Source: the human T2T-CHM13v2.0 reference genome, Homo sapiens
Length of the DNA stretch: 64,000 bases
Assembly (NCBI RefSeq): GCF_009914755.1
Contig: NC_060927.1
Strand: one strand, 5' to 3'
Shown here: positions 52,986-64,000 of the stretch, one piece after another
How positions within the stretch are numbered: the first letter of the stretch is position 1
How the letters are laid out: each line of letters begins with the position of its first letter
Notes under the pieces: generated by a model
What the model was told of the DNA's origin: nothing
The model's database searches: none
The model's input: the letters and a program-made list of their open reading frames with translations, nothing else
Made by a program: the position numbers and the translations under genes

Positions 52986-54739
52986 GAAAACGATCCCAGC
53001 TGTTGTGTAGAAGACGAATTAGAAATGGACAAGAGGCAATTTTCTAAGTGACTATTGTAGGAGTCCTAGTGAAAGATGAAGGTAGCTTGGACTACACACC
53101 TTTGACATATAGGTGGTGAGGTGTAGAAATATTTGAGAGTTGCTTTGAAGTTAGAATTGGCAACATTTAACAATGAATCAGATTAAGCCAGAGTGTGTGG
53201 TAAAAGAAAGAGAGGTATCAAGAATGAATCCCAAGTTTCTGAATTGGGCAGCTGGGCGAATGTGTTTCCACTTACTGAGTTAAAAAACAAACAAACAAAC
53301 AAACAAACAAGCAAAAAACACTGTAAAATGAAAATCTTTTGGAGGTGGAGAAATTGTTGAAAACTCTGGTTTGAACAACTGAGGTAGATGGCAAAGTAGG
53401 CAAGGTGATATTCAAGACTTGGATTCAAAAGAGATGTCTGGCTTTGAGATATGCATTTGCGATTCATCAAAATAGAGGTAGTATTTGAAGCTAGAAGAAA
53501 GAGTTGGCTTTCATATCAGATCAGGTGTTAAAAAATAGAACCAAAAAGCAGTGAAAGTGGAATGGTCCTTAGAAATACTCAAGTTCAAACTCATTTCTCG
53601 ATTGATAGTGAAATCGGGGCTTTAGGGAGGAAAGTCACTGGTGGAAATGGGGTTGGTAAGAAACTAGGTCTCCCTTCTACTGGACCAGGATAGTTTTTGT
53701 TGTTTCACAATATTTTCTCCACATTTGACATCAAAATGGTTGAGACTGAGAAGCACTTTCTATGAGATATGTTCTAGAGACGTGGCTTATGGTCTTACCT
53801 CCTCATTTTATATTCTCACCTGCTGTATTGCGAACTACCACACTCTTATAACTGACCTGTTCCCCTCTGCCTTTAGTCAACTTGGAATCTTTTCCCCTGG
53901 TTCCTTACTTATTGAAAAAGAAGGTACAATCATCCCAAATGAACATACCTGGGCAATCTGATGTTGAGAAGGTCCAAATCTTAGAGAGATGACTGAGCTG
54001 CTGAACACACATCGCTGTGCTATTTCATCCTACTCAGCTTAGCACTTATGACCCCCTGTGACTATTTAGTAATTGCACTGTCTCTCCTCTTGAATGTGAG
54101 TGCCTGGAGGTCAGTAGCTATTTGTTTCTTCTCCTTGGTATCTTAATCCTCTCCTGGTGCCTAAGATAAGCAACTTACCCATCTCGCACATGTTTTGAAG
54201 GAAGAGGACCCAATAGACTGAGACTTTTACTGGAGTTTATGCACCTTTATTTATCTTCTCATATTTTCAAGTAAATACATTTAGTTAGCACATACTATGT
54301 GTCAGGGAGAGTGCAAAAGGTTGTAATTTTGTTCAGTCTGAAAATGTAGTTATTATGTAGAGGGTGTTATTAGCTGTTATACAATAAATTTAGGTTTATT
54401 CATGTGTATACATTTGCTTTGCATACCTTCCATCCAATTCAACAAATATTTAATGTACACTGACCATGTGTACGGAGGTAAAAGAGCAAACCTCTGTCAC
54501 TTAGGGCCCCAAAGCTGGTGGGGGAGGGAGATATAAACAAACACACAAGCAATGACCAGAGCTACAACTGAGCTACAATCAATATACTTTGGTTGACTTC
54601 GAGAACATGATTGCTTCAGAGATATAAGAAAGTTTCTTGGAGGGGTGGGGTTTGAACATAATAATAAAATAATGCAAAATGATAAACATATTCTTGAAAT
54701 AATAGACATCAAAACAATAAGCATAGCCTTGAAATAATT

Positions 54740-54980
54740 ATGGCTAGCATTTTATATAGTATGGAGTATATACTGTTCTAAGTACTTAACACTTGTTAAT
54801 TTAGTCCTTACAACAATCTTATGAAATGGGTATTTTTTTTTTATCCCCATTTTACAGACTGGAAACTGAAGCACAGCAAGGTGAAGTAGCTTGCCCAAAG
54901 TCAAGCAACTAATAAAAAACAGTGCTGGGATTTGAACCCTAGCAATCTGAAGACTTTAATCTTAGCTATTAATGTTTTAC
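54740..54980 (-). mobile_element. MIR SINE
   Basis: ccccattttacagactggaaactgaagcacagcaaggtgaagtagcttgcccaaagtca..gggatttgaaccc. Confidence 0.75.
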
Positions 54981-57503
54981 TGCCTTATGAATGAAGGATA
55001 GAACTTCAACACGCAGGTTAAAGAGAGGAAGTATGGGGAGGGAAGGCTTTTCGTACAAAAAGAAGGGCTGAAACCATGGCACAGGGATTAGACATATACC
55101 TAATAATGCTTTATTTTGTTTGAGCCATCTAGTTTTCAAAGGACTTTCTCAGCCATTCTTTGTTTCTCATCATGACTCTGTGAAGTATGTGGCAATTAGT
55201 ACTCTCATTAGAAGATAAGAGAATCTGGACCCAGAACGGGAAAGGCACTGGGCTAGTGAGCAGCAGAATGAGGTTCAAAACCTGGTCCTTTTACTTCAAA
55301 CAAGAGTCCCAACAACTAATACATTTGCTCAATGCTCTGAGCAAAGCTCTGTGCTAACCTTTTCCTGTATCTTCTAATTTCATCCTCATGATAGCCCTGA
55401 GAAGTAGATGTTATTGCATTTCAAAAGGGGAAACAGTTCAATTCTGCCTCTACTAGGAACCCTGAGAATGGAGTATTACCTGTGCATTAGCACATGCAGC
55501 TTCTCTGAGAATGGAAAATCCCAATTAATATCTTTGCCAAAATCTTCCAGTCACTCCTGCATGTGGCCAACTTTCCTGCATGGTGAAAGTCAACATTCAA
55601 ATATGAAACTCGGCTTCAGTTTCCAAGAACTGATTGCATTATTAAGAATTAGTTTCTGAAAGTGGGCTTTGTGAATCTATGTGGGAAGGGCTACGAATCA
55701 GACTGGCTGATAATTTGGTGCAATTGCTAAAATACTTGATGCAATTCTGGACTGCATTGGCGGCAATACCATCTCCAGCTCAGTGAGCACCCATTGTGTA
55801 GGGCATAGTTCTAGGCCCCCAAGGGAGAATATAAATCAATGTCTTGAGAGAGTGGCTCTATCATGGATCCAGCAGCAAGCATGTCAAATGCTAAAAAAAG
55901 ACAGTCAGGTAGGAGCTGGGTAAAAATTCACAGCCAGCCCCACAGCCTCAGGCAACAAGGGCTGAATTCCCAGCCATCGGCTTTGTTTATGCATGTTCAG
56001 TCTGGGAACCAGGTACGGAAGGCTCTGCGTTCAGTCCTGTTGTCTTCCAAATTTGATTACGGTTCTTAGGAGACAGAGTCATGACCTCAGCCTGGAATGG
56101 CAACATTTAAAAGAGACAACAAAAAAGAAAGATAAGATGACTAAAGCTCTTAGTTTAAGAGGGGGTAGAAGGGACAGAGTGAATTTGGGAAGTTTACACT
56201 TGATTTTTAAGGCCAAGGGTATCATGAAGAGCCTTGTGTTTGAATGCTGTTGTCAAGCCTTTAAAAGTCTTCCCTGCATGCTGATTGACAGCCAGAGGTA
56301 TGGGATTATTTCCTCTATGCCTGTTGCCTTGGCTTGCTCATTTGTAAAAGGTGAAAGCAACTACTGCTCTGCAGGTATTAAGGATTAAATGTGGCAAAGC
56401 ATAGTAAATGTCTTGTAAACATAAATGTGTACAAAGTAGACTGTTTTATATACTGTCCAGCTATCCCAGCTTTCTGGTAAAAAATGGGACTAGACAGTTA
56501 GACTCATTGAATGGAATCTTAGATATTGTCTGATCCAACACCTGAATGTAGCAGATGAGGAGGGGAGGAAGCAGTCTGTGCCTGGCCCAAGGGTACCCAG
56601 GACGTTAGAGACAAAGGGAGAATTTGTGGGTATGAGGAAGAATGAAATACTGAGAAACAGTGTGAGGTGGTACTCAGTCTGCTGAGCCCCTTCCAATGTA
56701 ATCTCATTTCATCCCGACAGGAGACATGCAGTCAGGTATCTTCATTTCATAAGTCAGGAGCCAGAGGTTCAAAACGCAAATAGACTCCCTGAGATGAAGA
56801 GCCAGTAACCAGATGAAGGAGGTTCAAACCCAGGTTGAAATAAATCCAAAGCGCACGCAATTGACTTTATACCGTCCTACCAAATTTTCCGCATCTTTGC
56901 AAATACCTATTTCTGAGGATATCCATAGCACCTACAGAAAACAGTGGCAGCTAGAGAGGGAGTTTTTTATTTCTATTTTTTTTTTAAACATCTGCCTATG
57001 AATCACTGTGTAACTTTCCTTTATGCAGTTCAATCTTCAATCTAAAATGGCTAAATGCACCAGATGACCCAGGCCTCCTGCACCCCTCACATCCTGTGAT
57101 TGTTGAGTCACACTAAAGGGAAAACAGTCCTCTTTTGCCTCCAAATTCAAGCAATTCTAAACTATACAAATGATTTATTTAAAATTGTATATATGCCTTT
57201 TGTGGTTATCTGAGGCAAGTGCAAAGAGATATGCCTTCTATTTCCTTTCATCAGCACCCAGTAGGTACCCTGTAAATTTTCTGGTGCATTCACTTTCAAA
57301 GTAAGCATTCTGTCAGCTTCCTATACATGATTACAGGCTATTTTGGGAGACATTTCTCTGACATCTGGGCCCTGTATCCATCCATCTGTACATTCATCAT
57401 CTATACAAATGAACTTACATACATAATTATCAAAACAATACTGTTACTATACATGCTATATATATACATATAGATGTATGCATATATTCAGTGAACATTT
57501 ATT

Positions 57504-57815
<312 letters not shown>

Positions 57816-57940
57816 AGTGAACATTTATTAAGCCCCGTTATGTGACAGGCAGCAGGTAACTTGCTGCAAAAGTGTTGCTAGTTAAAATCTAGACTAGGTT
57901 TACTAATTATTCAAAATAATCATATTTCTTATACCACTGC

Positions 57941-58286
<346 letters not shown>

Positions 58287-59534
58287 TAGAAAGACCACTG
58301 GACATTGATCCAACTTTATTATTCTTACGCTCTTACTAAAACTTTAACTCAAAATCTTGGTTTCTTCTAAATTGTTACCAGGCACTGCTGAAAGGAAGCA
58401 TTCATAGCACAAGGCAGTGACCTAGACAAGGATTAGGATTCATGGGTTTAGAGGCACACTGACCTTCCTTCTCACTTTCAGAATTGTGTTTAATAGCTCA
58501 GTCTGTTATCCGCCTGGGCTCCCCAATGTTAGACTTACGTATTATTCACTTGCCCAAATTTAGGTAACTGGGATAGTGCTGCTGCTGCTGCTTAATTATT
58601 TGCACCAAGGTGTCTGAAAAGGTAGCCTACTGAAAGAGCAAGGCTCTTGAGACAAAATGGTTTCTTCTGACTCTGACACCAAATAGTTGTATGACAATGA
58701 GCAAGTTACTTAACCTTTCTGAGCATTGGTTTTCCTACCTCTAAAGAATGAGATACTAATATTTAACTCATAAATTTTTTATAAGGGTGAAAGGAGAAGA
58801 ATGAATCACTAGAACCTGGTACACGAGGGATAAATCGCTCCTCATTTGCACACTGACACATCCCCAGGAAGGTACATCTTCCAATTCCTCCTCCCATGTA
58901 GCTCCCATATATGAAAGCTGAATGATGAAGGATTTCTGAACTAGTCACCAATTGGAATCCTCTAGCCCTTTCCATACCACTATGGTGAATAATCTGGACA
59001 TGACTCTGAGTAATTATTTCAGCCATACACAGATGCGTTTTACTAATCCCCACTATAATCATCCAACTTTCACTGTGAGAAGCATTTTTCCATTTGTTGC
59101 CTCATTTGATCTTCACAACAGCCCCAAGAGAAACACAAGCCAGTGTTGTTATCCTTCTTTGACAGATGGGCAAGCAGAGGGTTAGAGAGGTAAAGTGGCT
59201 TGTGACACTTCTAGATTCAGGTATATGACTCTGAATTCCATCCATGAGCTTTCTATTATACCAAGAAGCCACAGGATTGTTACCACATCCTAAAAGACAC
59301 TAGATATTCTGGAAGAAAGAAAACCAGGAAGGTGAAGGCTGATGGAAAACAGATGAGTTAGTCCAGCCCTAGCCATCCCCACTGGGCTCCCACCCAAGCC
59401 TTTGCTCAGTGTCCCTCTCTCCCAAGCACTTCTTTCTCAGCCTATTTGTTTGCTCAGATCCTCTCTGTGGCCAGTAACATAGCTCAAACCCAGGCTCCTC
59501 CATGAAGCTGTTGACCAACCATCCAACCCAGTTC

Positions 59535-61000
<1,466 letters not shown>

Positions 61001-62109
61001 TTCAGCATCCTTTCTGGAAAATCTGACCAAAATTTGCACCTCCTCTTCAACTGTTGGTTTATATTTCCTTAAAGGAGGCAGATTAGAGAGAGGTATCTTT
61101 AGAGGGAGAATCATGCCCCTTCTCTATGCTGTATAGTGCTTAGTGTCCAAGAGCTCTTCAGTTACATTCAATTAATGTGTTAATTTACAGCTGAATCACA
61201 AAATAATAGAGTATAAGGGACCCAATAAATCATCTGTATTTGTGATTTCTGAACTGAATTCTTTGGAGCAAGTCAAAGGACTTATTTTCTATCTGCATTG
61301 GGAAACCTATAAAGCTGTGACCTTCCTTTCCTAGAAGAGCTAATAAAAGCAACAGCATCCAGGCAGTCAAAGATACAGGCCTCACCCCTTCCTTCTAAGA
61401 AACGGTTGTGATTTTCATCAGACCTCAAACCTTTCAGAAAGTTCCAGGGGCTTGGATCTAGTCAAGAATATCTACAGGGCAGAGGGGCCAAGGGAGAAAC
61501 ACACTGTACTCGAGAATTTGGCCTCATTTCAGGCTGATGTGAGAAGGGAAAATACCATCTGCCACATTCCTTCCTCTTAATACCAACTAAAAGCCTAGAA
61601 TCCTAGGCAGGATGGTAGCCATCATCTAGTTTAATCACCTCCTAAGAAGATGAGGAACTTGAGCCTAGAAAGGCCCTATATCTTATTCAAAATCACATAT
61701 CAAGTGTGCTCCATCCGAGATTAAAAAACCAGGTCTCAACTTAAAATTTTCTGCTCAGATTCAGAATCAATTAAACTCCACTAGCATTTACTATATGCCT
61801 GGAAACATGCCAGGTGCTTTTACATGTTATTCTCTATCCTCACCACAATCTGCACCTGTAAGACTGATATGATTATCTCTCTATTACAGATGAAAGCATT
61901 GATGCTGAGACAAGAAAGTGATGGGAAAATCCCATGTCTGTTTGATTTCATGTCTAGTGCTTATTCCAGCACACCTGCTACCTTCCTCACCAGGACTCAT
62001 TTCACAAGCTCATGCACTCTCACAGTGCAAGCAACTAACAAATACCCTGCCATCCCACCAATAGATTAGGCCTCTCCAGCCTGGTACGTCAGTGAATGAC
62101 TTACCTTGA

Positions 62110-62335
62110 AGACAGAGTGTGGACTTCATAAACAAACTGCCTAGGTTTGAATCATGACCTTGCCACTTATTAGCTGTGCAACTTTGGCTCATCCCTGAAC
62201 CCCAGTTTCTTTATTCGTAACTAGGAATGATATACTTACCTGCAGGGAGTTAGGATTAAGTAATATAATACATGTACTAATAAATCATTTAGCACAGGTC
62301 TGACATGTACAGTATATGTTCAATAAATGTTAAAT
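62110..62335 (+). mobile_element. MIR SINE
   Basis: ctgcctaggtttgaatc..tgccacttattagctgtgcaactttgg..cccagtttcttt..tcaataaatgtt. Confidence 0.7.
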
Positions 62336-62844
62336 GTAATAGAAAACGGCTGATTCTTTTAAACCCTGTAGCTGTTTTGGAACACACTGTTCAGTGCTTC
62401 AAAATCCTTTCTTGGAAAATGTCTAGGTGGAGAACCCAATACCAAAACCCAGATGTGACAAGGCTTAGGAGTTTCAACCACTCTTTGTACCAGCAGGGTT
62501 CAATCAGGAAAGCAGAACCAAAAATAATACAGAATAATGGATTTATTATAGGAATTAGATCTTATACAATTGATATGAGGCCAAAGGTATATAGTGAGAG
62601 TAAGTCCTAAAAAATCTTTTGAAATCTCAATGAAAAATATTTTTATATATACTTATGGTGTAAGAAGAACCAATCAGAGTAAAATTTGGACTGTCTCTGG
62701 GAAAGAGGAGTCTCAAACTGGAGAACAAAAAAATTCGGCTCCTTGTGACATGGTTTGAATCCTGGATCAAGTCTTACCTGGTCTGTTTACTTACATAAGA
62801 CAACAAATTCTCTTTTTTTGATTTAAAAAAAAAGAAAAATATTT

Positions 62845-62975
62845 TTATATATAAAATAGATACACATAGATATATGTGTATATCTATATATAAAATGTAT
62901 GTGTATGTGTGTGTATATATGTGTATATATATACATATATATATATGTGTATATATATATGTATATATATACAGA
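62845..62975. repeat. (TA)n/(TG)n compound microsatellite
   Basis: Mixed tatata/tgtgta tract. Confidence 0.88.
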
Positions 62976-63099
62976 GACACTGGAAGAAAACTTACCAAAA
63001 TCTTTATAGTGGACATCTCTGATTGATGGGATAATGGAGAGGTTTTATTTTCATTTTCATTTACTTGCTTTCTAATTTTGTACACTAAACAAGTATTCA

Positions 63100-63405
<306 letters not shown>

Positions 63406-64000
63406 AAGAAGACAAATATTCAAACTAGAAATTATTTGTTAATACTTATTGTTAATTTACTTCTTAATCTGCCTTGCATTTTTTTTTTCTCTGTAGAAAA
63501 CTCAAAATAATGTATTATAGGCACTTGTAATTATAAAGTTAATTATGGGAGAGAGACAAGGTAGATAGGAATTGGAGAATATCAGGCCTGGAAGTGTCAA
63601 AGGCAGTATCGTCCAACTCATCATTTAATAAATGGGAACATTAAAGAGCACAAAGTCAAATTGTTGTCCAAGACCACAAAGAGCCTGGAGAGAACCAGGA
63701 CTCCACGCCCCTTGGCTGAGTGTTCCTTCTTCGCCGTACTTCCATCTCTCTAGAGTCACACCTATGGTTGATTTTATGATGCTGATAATGATCAAGAGGA
63801 GGAAAGAGGAGAGAAATTGTCCCATAATTTTGGCCTTATTTGCAGGAATTGGAAAATTTCTCCCACAGCCAGACACACTCAATTGGTTAGTTTTCTTCAA
63901 AACCCTGCCCACAGCAGCATTCTGATCAACATCCATCACTTTCCTTCCCAGGATTCCAGAGGAGATCCAGGTGGTGATCAAAGAGGAGACCCTGTTGGCA

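Overview
Human (primate) genomic DNA containing the complete BCL6 proto-oncogene on the minus strand. It has non-coding exon 1 (~36919-37234), an alternative first exon (~27601-28005), a 39-nt exon 2, and eight coding exons (25203 down to 13968). These join with GT-AG sites into 2121 nt = 706 aa + stop (BTB/POZ, RD2/PEST, six C2H2 fingers), and the 3'UTR ends after AATAAA at 12907-12912. The ~10.5-kb first intron is CpG-island rich and carries GAS/BCL6 and CTCF-like motifs. The flanks are ordinary mammalian repeat DNA: Alu (including a young AluYb8), MIR, L2, L1, MLT1/MLT2/MER51 LTRs, MER58 and microsatellites. No prokaryotic-type system or CRISPR array is present. The most notable observations are: (1) a ~130-bp multiply coded node at the exon 1/intron 1 junction, where an antisense Gly/Ser micro-ORF ends on a TAG inside a BCL6 autoregulatory site that is also crossed by a sense uORF; (2) an intron 8 minisatellite built from copies of the exon 8 splice donor, with GT>GC decay only in the copies nearest the real donor; (3) a tandem donor at exon 9 predicting an NMD-escaping isoform without ZF6; (4) several template-switch inversions. 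All coordinates were read by hand, and repeat boundaries and subfamilies are approximate.
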